A DNA stretch of 64,000 nucleotides from Candidatus Kapaibacterium sp. (lineage in GTDB: Bacteria > Bacteroidota > Ignavibacteria > Kapaibacteriales > NICIL-2). The stretch's first letter is position 1, and each line of letters begins with the position of its first letter. A program made the position numbers and the translations under genes. Positions 1 through 8,475 of the stretch are shown piece after piece. Under the pieces are notes generated by a model. The model worked only from the letters and a program-made list of their open reading frames with translations. It was not told the origin of the DNA and did no database searches. Location: assembly GCA_046297095.1 (NCBI GenBank), contig JBKCNS010000010.1:506-64505 (forward strand). Reading direction: 5' to 3'.

Positions 1-430
1 CAATCATGAGCGACGCTCCCCCGGGAGATTTTTCCTCGCCCGGTTGAAAAAGTAGTTTCACCACACCCGGAATCTGCTGCTCCATACCTTTGAGTATCTG
101 TGCAGTTCCCAGCAGCATTGCAGTGTGTGCGTCGTGGCCGCAGGCATGCATCACTCCCGGAATGGTAGAAGCGAAGGGCAATCCCGTTTCTTCGTGTATG
201 GGCAGGGCATCGATATCGGCCCGCAACGCCACACAGCGCGAACCACTGCCGATGTGCGCTACCACACCGGTGCCGGCTACGCGACGATATTGCACACCCA
301 TGCTGTCCAGTTGCGCCATGATATAGGCGCAGGTTTGCTCTTCCTGAAACGAAAGCTCAGGATGCGCATGTAAATGCCGCCGGTGGGCGATAATGGTTTG
401 AGCTTTGTTTTCAGCCTCTGTACGAAGCAT
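1..430 (-). CDS. M20D-family amidohydrolase (N-acyl-amino-acid amidohydrolase / hippurate hydrolase-like); 5' portion only, gene continues beyond the window start
   Basis: Reverse-strand translation from the ATG at 428-430 reads MLRTEAENKAQTIIAHRRHLHAHPELSFQEEQTCAYIMAQL...VALRADIDALPIHEETGLPF...GVMHACGHDAHTAMLLG. This is the metal-binding signature of peptidase M20D. It is absent from the ORF track because the gene runs off the window edge. Confidence 0.7.
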   Translation of the reverse strand, partial: MLRTEAENKAQTIIAHRRHLHAHPELSFQEEQTCAYIMAQLDSMGVQYRRVAGTGVVAHIGSGSRCVALRADIDALPIHEETGLPFASTIPGVMHACGHDAHTAMLLGTAQILKGMEQQIPGVVKLLFQPGEEKSPGGASLMI

Positions 431-530
431 GGATGCAAGATTCATAACACCACTTCACAATATTGGTTATCGAAATATCAATGGCTCAGCCGAACACGCA
501 ACTTCGAGTCACAGCATTCACGCACTACCT

Positions 531-1433
531 TCAAGCAAACTCTGCCTCGTCGAATACAATGTCGGCCTCAGCCAGAATCACTGCAGGGCCTTGTAGAAAC
601 AGAGCCGAGATGTTCTTCTGCGCATCTCGCTGCACTACGCATGTTAACTGCTCTCCGCCGGGCGGAATACAGGTCCATGACTCAATGCCGGAGTCTGATT
701 GCAGTGCATTGATTACACTTACTGCCAACGCACCGGTGCCGCATGCGCGCGTTATGGCCTCCACACCGCGCTCGAAGGTCCATAGCTGAATTGTGGAAAG
801 GCCCACACGCTCGTACACGCTTACGTTCGCACCACGGGCGAACATAGAATGCGAACGAATGCTTGGAGCCAGAACCGAGAACATCTCTGCACTGAACTTC
901 CCGAACACCCTCTCCCACTCGTGCTTCTCTATCATCACATGATCCGAGCCCACATCCACATACGCGCCATTCAACACTCCTTCGGATAGCGGTATCTCTA
1001 CGTTTTGCAAAACGGTTCGCGGAGGCGGGAATTGCAATGTCACATCAGCATCGCTAAGTGTAAACGGGAAATCTGTATTTGCCATGCGCAAGATTCCGGA
1101 ATTCACATTGGCATCTAATGCACCTACCTGCCGTGCAAACCTCAGGGCGCAACGGCCGCCATTGCCACACATCATCGAGGACGATCCATCCGGATTGTAG
1201 AAGTCCACAGTTACTGTAGCCGTTACTGTAGCTGTTACTGTAGCCGTCTCGTTGTAATGCACACCGCGCAGCACAAGTACGCCTTCGGTTGCGTCTGCCT
1301 GTGCTTTGGTGGGCCTTACTAGCAACGGGCACATTCGTGATATGAGCTCATGGCTGTACACTCCGGCGCGATCATCAATCACGGTGAACAGGTTCCCTGC
1401 TCCGGACATGTATGTTACAGGAAGTGATGTCAT
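531..1433 (-). CDS. dapF: diaminopimelate epimerase with an internal (TATV)3 tandem repeat
   Basis: N-terminal MSGAGNLFTVIDD matches the DapF MHGLGNDFxVVD motif. The catalytic Cys motif NPDGSSSMMCGNGGRCALRF and a second GSDHVMI-type half are present. Length is 300 aa, with the true start possibly at an internal Met. Confidence 0.85.
   Translation of the reverse strand: MTSLPVTYMSGAGNLFTVIDDRAGVYSHELISRMCPLLVRPTKAQADATEGVLVLRGVHYNETATVTATVTATVTVDFYNPDGSSSMMCGNGGRCALRFARQVGALDANVNSGILRMANTDFPFTLSDADVTLQFPPPRTVLQNVEIPLSEGVLNGAYVDVGSDHVMIEKHEWERVFGKFSAEMFSVLAPSIRSHSMFARGANVSVYERVGLSTIQLWTFERGVEAITRACGTGALAVSVINALQSDSGIESWTCIPPGGEQLTCVVQRDAQKNISALFLQGPAVILAEADIVFDEAEFA
1209..1244. repeat. 3 x 12-nt in-frame tandem repeat inside dapF
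   Basis: GTTACTGTAGCC / GTTACTGTAGCT / GTTACTGTAGCC, translated on the minus strand as TATV TATV TATV. Confidence 0.9.
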
Positions 1434-1540
1434 AAAATAAAGTAAATGCAGAGCTGCGATTGCAAGGAAGTGCTCGCTCTACACACAAGAGCACTTCACA
1501 TCAAGTTATTGTTCACCATAGCTCGGCGTTTTTGATAGCT

Positions 1541-2392
1541 CTACGCCCTTGCAAGAAACTCTACAAACGCGGGATGAACATATGAATTCGTGGCGAGGAT
1601 TGTTGTAGACCCAAGATCAAAATCGCTTCCCGAATACTCCGTTACCCTGCCCCCCGCCTCTTGCACCAGCAGCATTCCTGCTGCCACATCCCAGGGCTTA
1701 AGGGCACTTTCCCAGAAGGCATCAAATCTACCGCAGGCAACGTAGGCAAGATCTATTGCAGCCGAACCCAAGCGCCGCACCGGCACACCCATGTGCACAA
1801 ATCGAGAGAAGTACTCTAATGTGCCGGGAGCATTTTCGTCCACGTTATATGGGAAGCCGGTTACGATGAAGGACTCTTCCAGCCTTGACTGCGCGCTTAC
1901 GGCAATTGGCACATCGTTACACCGCGCTCCATGCCCACGTACGGCAGTGAACATTTCGTCCAGCAAGGGCTGGTACACCACTCCTGCCTGCACAACGCCA
2001 TCTACTTCTGCAGCTATACTCACGCAAAACAGCGGTACGCCGTGAGCAAAATTCACGGTGCCGTCCAGAGGATCAATGATCCATCGCAAACCGGAGGGCG
2101 CTTCGCTGCCGCCGCTCTCCTCTGCAAGAAACGAAGCACCGGGGTATTGCGCTCGTATATGCTCAATGATAGCATTCTCCGAGGCCACATCAAACTGTGT
2201 AACAAGGTTGTGCACGCCACCCTTGGTGCTGATGACTTTGACCTGCGAAAACCCATCCCGAAGAATTGCCCCGGCCAGAACTGCAGCGGCACGAGCTGTT
2301 GCGCATAACTCATGGGGGAAAGAAAGATCGGGTGTATTGGTAAGCATAGCGAAAGCAAAGAAAAACAGCCAACTTCGAAGCGCTTGGACCAT
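1541..2392 (-). CDS. inositol monophosphatase family protein (SuhB/IMPase-like)
   Basis: Carries the WIIDPLDGTVNFAHGVPLFCVSIA motif (IMPase DPIDGT signature) plus the C-terminal WDVAAG motif. An alternative start at Met16 (coordinate 2347) is possible. Confidence 0.8.
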   Translation of the reverse strand: MVQALRSWLFFFAFAMLTNTPDLSFPHELCATARAAAVLAGAILRDGFSQVKVISTKGGVHNLVTQFDVASENAIIEHIRAQYPGASFLAEESGGSEAPSGLRWIIDPLDGTVNFAHGVPLFCVSIAAEVDGVVQAGVVYQPLLDEMFTAVRGHGARCNDVPIAVSAQSRLEESFIVTGFPYNVDENAPGTLEYFSRFVHMGVPVRRLGSAAIDLAYVACGRFDAFWESALKPWDVAAGMLLVQEAGGRVTEYSGSDFDLGSTTILATNSYVHPAFVEFLARA

Positions 2393-2523
2393 GTGCGGCC
2401 AACAGCGATATCATTAGCAAAATTGATTATTTTCGCTGACGTACAGTTAGGCCACCGATCATTCTCCGGAGAGTTCCTATCAAAACCTATAGGTTAACCC
2501 TTACCGCTCTTGCGGTTCTCGTT

Positions 2524-4101
2524 TTGTTTCTTCCTGCCTTGGTAGCTCAACCCGGCAATTTCATACGCTTGCCAAAGCTCATTATTGCACCTAACGGTTA
2601 TGATACCGTGGGAGCAAAAAACGCTTTACGTATAGCAGAAGAAACACAGAACATAGTGGAGAAGGCAGTGGATCCTGCCTCGTACTTTTTAGGACCCAAT
2701 GATGTACTGACAGTGGCCGTAACAGGGCCGCAGCCGGCATCGTATGACATTCACGTCTCGCCCGACTTTAAAGTGCTCGTACCAGCTGTACCGGCGATTG
2801 ATGTTCGCGGTTGTACGTTACTCGATGGTCAGAAGAAGATATCCGCGGCCGTACAGCGAGTGTACAGAACCCAGACAGTGGATGTTATCCTAAAAAAAAT
2901 CAAGCAGTTCAAAGTTTCCATTTATGGAGCGGTTCGCAAGCCCATTGTGGTAAGTGCAAGTTCAACGGATCGCGTGTCGGAGGTATTGGACCGCGCGGGC
3001 GGGCTGATGTACAACGCATCTACGCGACGAATTACAATTATCAGAGACAGCGCTGTGATCAAGGTAGATTTATTGCGGTACTTCACGGACGGATTGGATT
3101 CGGCCAATCCCTATGTATTCTGCGGTGATAAAATCAACGTTCCCTACATCACGGACGAGGAATGCGTTTCGGTATCCGGAAGCGTAAAGCAGCCCGGTTT
3201 GTACGAATACATGCCCGGTGATTCGTTGCTGTCGTACCTGTCATTTGCTCAAGGCACAACCGTTGTAGGCCTTCTGGACTCGGTGGAAGTCTCGCGCTTT
3301 GAGGAATCCGGTATTCGCACCTTCTCTGTTATCGTAGATATAGGCTCGGGAGCAGGCAACATCCCTATCAACCTGGGGGACAAGATTTACGTTCGCGAAA
3401 AGACCGGTGTGTTCAAAAAGAACGAAGTGGCTATAGCCGGCGGTGTTGCACACCCTGGAAGCTACAGCATCAATCCCAAAACCGACCGACTCTCCGACTT
3501 AATCACACGAGCAGGTGGATATACCGAAGACGCTCAGCCCGAGACGGGTTTGCTCTTCCGCAGAAAAGACTTTACCTGGTACGACCGAGAGCTCGATCGA
3601 TTGAGCAAAATGAAACCGGAAAACATGAACGAGTACGAAACGCGCTACTATCGCACGAAGACCTCGGAGAACATGGGTTTGGTGTCCGTTGACTTTGAAA
3701 AGATCTTTACTGCGTCGGGTGCAGACGCCAATCCTCTTCTCGTAAACATGGACTCGGTGTATGTGCCGCGGTCTACGAACTATGTTACTCTTATAGGCCG
3801 CGTCATCAAGCCGGGCCGTGTTCCCTTCCGAAGTTCAAGCACCTATCTCGATTACGTGAGGAGCGCGGGCGGCTTCGGGCTTCGTGCCGACGAAGATGAA
3901 GTGCTGATACAAAAAGTTTCCGGTGAATTGCATAGAGCCATCGATTACTCGGCCCGCATGGATCCGGGAGATAACATTCTAGTTCCCGAACAATCTGACG
4001 TAAAGTTTGTGGACATTTTCACAACAGCTCTTTCTATCACTGCCCAACTCGCCACCATCGTTGGTGTTGTGCTCGGTGTAGTCTTTGCATATCGCAAATA
4101 A
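2524..4101 (+). CDS. polysaccharide export protein (Wza-like, repeated SLBB/soluble-ligand-binding beta-grasp domains, C-terminal TM helix); true start probably upstream at a non-canonical codon
   Basis: Several repeats of the x-V-x-V-x-G-x-V-x-x-P-G-x-Y pattern (VSVSGSVKQPGLYEY, VAIAGGVAHPGSYSI, VTLIGRVIKPGRV) mark Wza/GfcE-type exporters. A hydrophobic C-terminus (FTTALSITAQLATIVGVVLGVVF) is present. The in-frame upstream sequence encodes a signal peptide, covered in the findings. Confidence 0.7.
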   Translation: MFLPALVAQPGNFIRLPKLIIAPNGYDTVGAKNALRIAEETQNIVEKAVDPASYFLGPNDVLTVAVTGPQPASYDIHVSPDFKVLVPAVPAIDVRGCTLLDGQKKISAAVQRVYRTQTVDVILKKIKQFKVSIYGAVRKPIVVSASSTDRVSEVLDRAGGLMYNASTRRITIIRDSAVIKVDLLRYFTDGLDSANPYVFCGDKINVPYITDEECVSVSGSVKQPGLYEYMPGDSLLSYLSFAQGTTVVGLLDSVEVSRFEESGIRTFSVIVDIGSGAGNIPINLGDKIYVREKTGVFKKNEVAIAGGVAHPGSYSINPKTDRLSDLITRAGGYTEDAQPETGLLFRRKDFTWYDRELDRLSKMKPENMNEYETRYYRTKTSENMGLVSVDFEKIFTASGADANPLLVNMDSVYVPRSTNYVTLIGRVIKPGRVPFRSSSTYLDYVRSAGGFGLRADEDEVLIQKVSGELHRAIDYSARMDPGDNILVPEQSDVKFVDIFTTALSITAQLATIVGVVLGVVFAYRK

Positions 4102-4109
4102 GAATACCC

Positions 4110-5312
4110 ATGAATACTACCCAAACACCACAGTTGGCGCCCACAGAGAACACCATTTCCATTCCGGACTTGGTCCGTAACAACACACGGTTCATCCTGC
4201 GATTCACCGCTGTTTGCGCCGTGCTGATACTCGGGTACAGTTTTGTGATGCGGCAAACATTCGAGGCCGGAGCTAAGCTGGTGGCCACGGACACAAAGTC
4301 GAATTCAATGTCGTCTCTGCTTGGCGGAATACCTGCTTTTGTAACAGGCGGTGCCGGAGCAGGCGCAAGCTCGGCGATGAGCATGGTAGAGATTGTTCAA
4401 TCGCGAACAAATGCCGATTATATTATCCGCACGTGCAGACTGGACACCGTGTGGTTGTTTCGCGACCAAACGCGCGAAGAGCGCCAGAAGGCAGTGCTGG
4501 AGTTAATGAGCGTGGATGCCAAGCGCACAAGCGGTGTTATTACTGTTTCGTGCCTAATGCAAACCCCTTTTCTGGCTTCACAAGCGGAACAACGCTTAAC
4601 GGCAGAGATTGCCGCTCAGATGTGCAATGCTGCTATAGCCGGTCTTGATAGCGCAAACAGATCAAAGACGAATAGCACTGCTCGCAAAGCCCGTATGTAT
4701 ATCGAGCGAGTTCTTGCTACGAATCATGCTAAGATTGATTCTCTGCAAAAGACCATGATCGAATACCAGAAGAAGTATCACATTTACACGCCGGAAACTC
4801 AAGCAGAAGCTCTTGTTACCAATGCCGTTTCTATTGGTACAGAGCTGGCAAAAGCGGAGACTGAATTGCGCTTAGGGCGAGAGCAGTTTCAAGAGAATAC
4901 TCCGTACGTAAAGGCATTGGAAACTAAAGTGTCGTCGCTTCAGGCCCAGTTTGCGCAGGCGCAGAATGGCGGCATTGGAGCTAACGACCAGCTGTCGATT
5001 CCGGTGGGCACTCTGCCGGAAATATCCATGGGATATGTAAACCTGGTTCGCGACATCAAGATTTTGGAGCAGGTAAATGCGTACCTGGAATCACAACGTA
5101 TGCAGGAGTCCATCCAGGAAGAGCGCGATGTTCCTACCGTACAGGTAATTGATCCGGCATTCCCGCCGGAGAAAAAGTCTTCCCCTTCTCGTGTATGGAT
5201 GCTGGTACTAGGCAGCGTGGTAGCAGCACTGGTAAGTATCATGATCGTGTTTGTACGGCAAACATTTTTCTCTGCCGGTCAGTCCACGAATGCCGCTTCA
5301 CCGGCCGCGTAG
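4110..5312 (+). CDS. Wzz/GumC-like polysaccharide chain-length determinant protein (no C-terminal kinase domain)
   Basis: N-terminal TM helix (FTAVCAVLILGYSFV), a long periplasmic coiled-coil region, and a C-terminal TM helix (VWMLVLGSVVAALVSIMIVFV). It sits 9 bp after the Wza-like gene, a typical wza-wzz arrangement. Confidence 0.65.
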   Translation: MNTTQTPQLAPTENTISIPDLVRNNTRFILRFTAVCAVLILGYSFVMRQTFEAGAKLVATDTKSNSMSSLLGGIPAFVTGGAGAGASSAMSMVEIVQSRTNADYIIRTCRLDTVWLFRDQTREERQKAVLELMSVDAKRTSGVITVSCLMQTPFLASQAEQRLTAEIAAQMCNAAIAGLDSANRSKTNSTARKARMYIERVLATNHAKIDSLQKTMIEYQKKYHIYTPETQAEALVTNAVSIGTELAKAETELRLGREQFQENTPYVKALETKVSSLQAQFAQAQNGGIGANDQLSIPVGTLPEISMGYVNLVRDIKILEQVNAYLESQRMQESIQEERDVPTVQVIDPAFPPEKKSSPSRVWMLVLGSVVAALVSIMIVFVRQTFFSAGQSTNAASPAA

Positions 5313-5337
5313 AGCACGGATGTACGGGATTTCATTC

Positions 5338-5937
5338 CTAACCCAGGAACTTATTCCGAACCATTTTCATTTCGGTAACGAGTACATGTAATGCCTGGTT
5401 ACGCGATCCTTCGGCCAGTGGTAGGTATCTCTCGCTGGTGTCGCTGACATACTTGATGGGATTGCTTTTCAAATCGAATTCAAGGCAACGGAAATTATCC
5501 AGACGGGCCGCCAGGCGCACGATCAAGCAGTCTTCGCTTGAACGTTTAAGCAGCTCAGCATGTGCTATATCAATGGCATCGTAATTCAATTCTTGAGCGC
5601 TAAGGTCCTTGGTGAGCGTCTCTACTACGTACGACACATACTCACCGAAGTTGTACGAGATAATCTCTTTGGTTATCTGCTTCGAATCTTCCAGCACATC
5701 GTGTAGTAGCACAGCGCATACCAAATCGGCATCATACAGACGCAGCTCTTCGATAACAATCTTGCAGACGCGAGTACAGTGATAAAAGTACGGCGTGCCA
5801 TCGCGACGCGTTTGCTGCTCGTGCACGCTACGCGCCATCTCGTACGCACTCATCACCCTTTGCAAATCCACAAGGCTCATCTTGTCGTGGAGTAAGTACT
5901 CCAGCTCGCTTTGGGTAAGATGTGTCTTGTTATACAT
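5338..5937 (-). CDS. small HD-domain hydrolase of the RelA/SpoT hydrolase-domain type (small alarmone hydrolase / Mesh1-like)
   Basis: 199 aa, with YHCTRVCKIVIEELRLYDADLVCAVLLHDVLEDS. The H...HD...ED arrangement is characteristic of the (p)ppGpp hydrolase HD_4 domain. No synthetase, TGS or ACT domains. Confidence 0.7.
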   Translation of the reverse strand: MYNKTHLTQSELEYLLHDKMSLVDLQRVMSAYEMARSVHEQQTRRDGTPYFYHCTRVCKIVIEELRLYDADLVCAVLLHDVLEDSKQITKEIISYNFGEYVSYVVETLTKDLSAQELNYDAIDIAHAELLKRSSEDCLIVRLAARLDNFRCLEFDLKSNPIKYVSDTSERYLPLAEGSRNQALHVLVTEMKMVRNKFLG

Positions 5938-5949
5938 ACGAATCAGGCG

Positions 5950-6888
5950 TTAACGTTTCTTCGAAAGAGCTTTGTTCAGGTCTATACCAAATCCGCGAAT
6001 GAGCATTCGTAACTCATCGTAGTCAGCGTCGGATGCAGGCGCCAAGCCTTCCACACTGTATGTGGCAAACAGTACTTTCTTCCCTTGCTCCGTTGCTTGA
6101 AAATCCAGCAATGACTTTTTGATTTTTGCTTCCATTTCCGGCGGAAAGCCCGAACGAAACACCACGGGATCGTTAGGAATTTCGTCGGTAAGAGCCAGTA
6201 TCTTTACTTTGTCATACACGTCAGGGAACTGCGTTTTCACGCGAACTCTGGCGTCGAGTATCTCGCCGGTTTTAGTATCGGGCGCGGAGTAATACGCGGC
6301 TCCGGCATCTACCTGTTTCTGATACACCATCGTAACCACATTGTCGTGCTTGCCGGCAAAGACAGAATCCGAAACACGAATATTCTTGGACTGTAATAGT
6401 GCTCGGGGCAACACATACCCGGATGTAGATACAGCATCCACATACGCAAACGATTTGCCGTTGAGTTGTTCCAATGATTGTATTCCGTTGTCTACGTGCG
6501 TGAGTATTTCTCCCCGGTACCGCCGTTCCCCGTTGCGACGAATCACCATCATAGATGCATGCGCGTCGTACTTTTCGTGAGCTTTGATGTAGCTGAATGT
6601 ATTGGTAATGGCAAAGTCCACGCCGCCGCTACCGAACGACTCCACCACCACGATAAAACTGGCCGGAACCGATGCCACATAGGAATAACCCGTAGCCCTG
6701 CTCAAAAAAGCTACCAGGGAATCCGCACTGGCCGTAACCTTGTGCGCCTCCACGGAGGGAGTAAGCATCAGCTTAATGGGGTTGCGCGCCGAGCCCAATT
6801 CCTCGGACCCGGAACGAAAAAATGGCGCAAGACTGAGCCTCACAAGGATGGCCAAAAGAAGAATAATATACCAGCCGGCTTTCTTCAT
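5950..6888 (-). CDS. PhnD/SsuA-like periplasmic substrate-binding protein (phosphonate/phosphite ABC-type binding-protein fold), N-terminal signal anchor
   Basis: MKKAGWYIILLLAILVRLSLA is a signal peptide. IKLMLTPSVEAHKV...GGVDFAITNTFSYIKAHEKYDAH is typical of PhnD-family binding proteins. It lies 12 bp upstream of the HD hydrolase gene on the same strand. Confidence 0.65.
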   Translation of the reverse strand: MKKAGWYIILLLAILVRLSLAPFFRSGSEELGSARNPIKLMLTPSVEAHKVTASADSLVAFLSRATGYSYVASVPASFIVVVESFGSGGVDFAITNTFSYIKAHEKYDAHASMMVIRRNGERRYRGEILTHVDNGIQSLEQLNGKSFAYVDAVSTSGYVLPRALLQSKNIRVSDSVFAGKHDNVVTMVYQKQVDAGAAYYSAPDTKTGEILDARVRVKTQFPDVYDKVKILALTDEIPNDPVVFRSGFPPEMEAKIKKSLLDFQATEQGKKVLFATYSVEGLAPASDADYDELRMLIRGFGIDLNKALSKKR

Positions 6889-7037
6889 GGTAGTAATGCT
6901 TCTTTGGTAGTTGTAGGTGCTTGGGTAATTTTGCAATCTGTTCAGCAGAACGCGCCGCCGCAATATGCGATGCGAAGTTGCAGATCACGTATCACATTGT
7001 ACAAATATATCTTCCTTCAATTTCAGAAGAACGATCC

Positions 7038-8288
7038 ATGAACATTCACGAGTATCAGGCAAAAGACCTTCTCCGCTCCTACAACGTCCCGGTTCTGCGC
7101 GGCAAAGCTGTATTCACTGCAGAAGAAGCAGGCAAAGTTGCTCACGACAATTTTGAGAGCAAGGGCACCAAAGTGTTGGTTGTAAAATCGCAGATCCATG
7201 CCGGCGGGCGCGGCAAGGGTGTTGTGCACAACACTAAGTCCGGCAAAGCCATCAAGCTGTTCGGCAAAGAGTTGCGCGGAGTATCGGTGATCAAGGCAGA
7301 CAACAGCGGCTCGCTTTCTCACAAAGCATATTTGATTGCCAAAGAAACATTGGGCAACACGCTGGTAACAATTCAGACCGGAGATCAGGGCAAAGTGGTG
7401 CGCCGCTTGTTTATCGAAGAAGGCGCCCCCATCAAGAAAGAATATTACTGCTCTATTCTTTTGGATCGTGCTGTGTCGCAAAACCTCATCATGGTGAGCA
7501 CCGAAGGCGGTGTGGAGATTGAGCACGTTGCGGAAGTATCGCCTGAGAAGATTATCAAAGAACACGTAGACCCGGCTTTAGGCGGACTGCAGGGCTACAC
7601 CGCGCGCAGACTGGCATACGGCCTGGGCCTGGAAGGCAAAGCATTCAAGAGCTTCGTCGATTTCATTACCAAGCTGTACAATGCCTACGAGAAAATGGAT
7701 TGTTCCATGCTGGAGGTGAATCCCTTGGTAGTAACAGACAACGATGAATTCATCGCTTTGGATGCCAAGGTAAACTTCGATGACAATGCCTTGTATCGTC
7801 ATCCGGACTATGCTGCTCTTGCCGATGTGGACGAAGAAGATCCGCTGGAACATGAAGCAAACAAATTCAACTTGAACTACATCAAGCTGGACGGCAACGT
7901 TGGCTGTATGGTAAATGGTGCAGGCCTTGCAATGGCTACCATGGATATTATTCAGCTTGCAGGCGGCAGCCCCGCGAACTTCCTGGACGTGGGCGGTGGA
8001 GCCAATGTTGAGCGCATTGCTAACGCCTTCCGAATCATGATGAGCGATAAAAATGTTAAGGCAGTTCTTATCAACATCTTTGGCGGTATCGTTCGTTGCG
8101 ATCGAGTAGCAAACGGTATTCTTAAGGCTCTTGAGCAAGTAACGGTGAACGTTCCTTTGATCGTGCGTCTGGACGGCACCAATGCCGTGGAAGCTCGGGA
8201 GATTCTCAAGCAGAGCGGTATGAACTTTTTCCTTGCAGCTACCTTGGATGATGCGGCCAAGGCCGTGACCAACGCGCTGAAGGCATAG
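7038..8288 (+). CDS. sucC: succinate--CoA ligase (ADP-forming) beta subunit
   Basis: Starts MNIHEYQAKDLLRSYNVPVLRGKAVFTAEEAGKVAH, the canonical SucC N-terminus. The ATP-grasp region and CoA-ligase C-domain (GGGANFLDVGGGA) follow. Confidence 0.9.
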   Translation: MNIHEYQAKDLLRSYNVPVLRGKAVFTAEEAGKVAHDNFESKGTKVLVVKSQIHAGGRGKGVVHNTKSGKAIKLFGKELRGVSVIKADNSGSLSHKAYLIAKETLGNTLVTIQTGDQGKVVRRLFIEEGAPIKKEYYCSILLDRAVSQNLIMVSTEGGVEIEHVAEVSPEKIIKEHVDPALGGLQGYTARRLAYGLGLEGKAFKSFVDFITKLYNAYEKMDCSMLEVNPLVVTDNDEFIALDAKVNFDDNALYRHPDYAALADVDEEDPLEHEANKFNLNYIKLDGNVGCMVNGAGLAMATMDIIQLAGGSPANFLDVGGGANVERIANAFRIMMSDKNVKAVLINIFGGIVRCDRVANGILKALEQVTVNVPLIVRLDGTNAVEAREILKQSGMNFFLAATLDDAAKAVTNALKA

Positions 8289-8294
8289 CATAGT

Positions 8295-8335
8295 GCGCGA
8301 ACATTGCAAACCATGTTCGCGCAATCGGTTTTGTG
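8295..8335 (+). terminator. rho-independent terminator after sucC
   Basis: Perfect 10-bp inverted repeat GCGCGAACAT-(8 nt)-ATGTTCGCGC at 8295-8322, followed by a GGTTTTGTG T-run. Confidence 0.6.
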
Positions 8336-8354
8336 CAATGAAGAGCTTCGTACA

Positions 8355-8410
8355 GAATCGAAGCGCATCGAAGATGTTCGAACATCTTCGAACATCTTCG
8401 AACATCTAAG
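8355..8410. repeat. palindrome plus direct-repeat array (GAACATC motif) in the sucC-lpdA intergenic region
   Basis: A 20-bp perfect palindrome GAAGATGTTCGAACATCTTC at 8370-8389 is followed by two more direct copies of CGAACATCTT (8389-8408). ATCGAAG occurs twice before it and GAACATC again at 8433. Confidence 0.8.
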
Positions 8411-8475
8411 TAGCATACCCAATAACACTGAAGAACATCATCGTATAACGACGGAACTAGAACCGGAGAAAAAGC

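Noticed and set aside
1203-8410. Possibility that the tandem repeats (dapF 12-mer, GAACATC array, 32538 15-mer) are CRISPR arrays
   Set aside because: Each has only 2-3 units, there are no spacers of uniform length, and no cas genes are present. One is inside a coding sequence.
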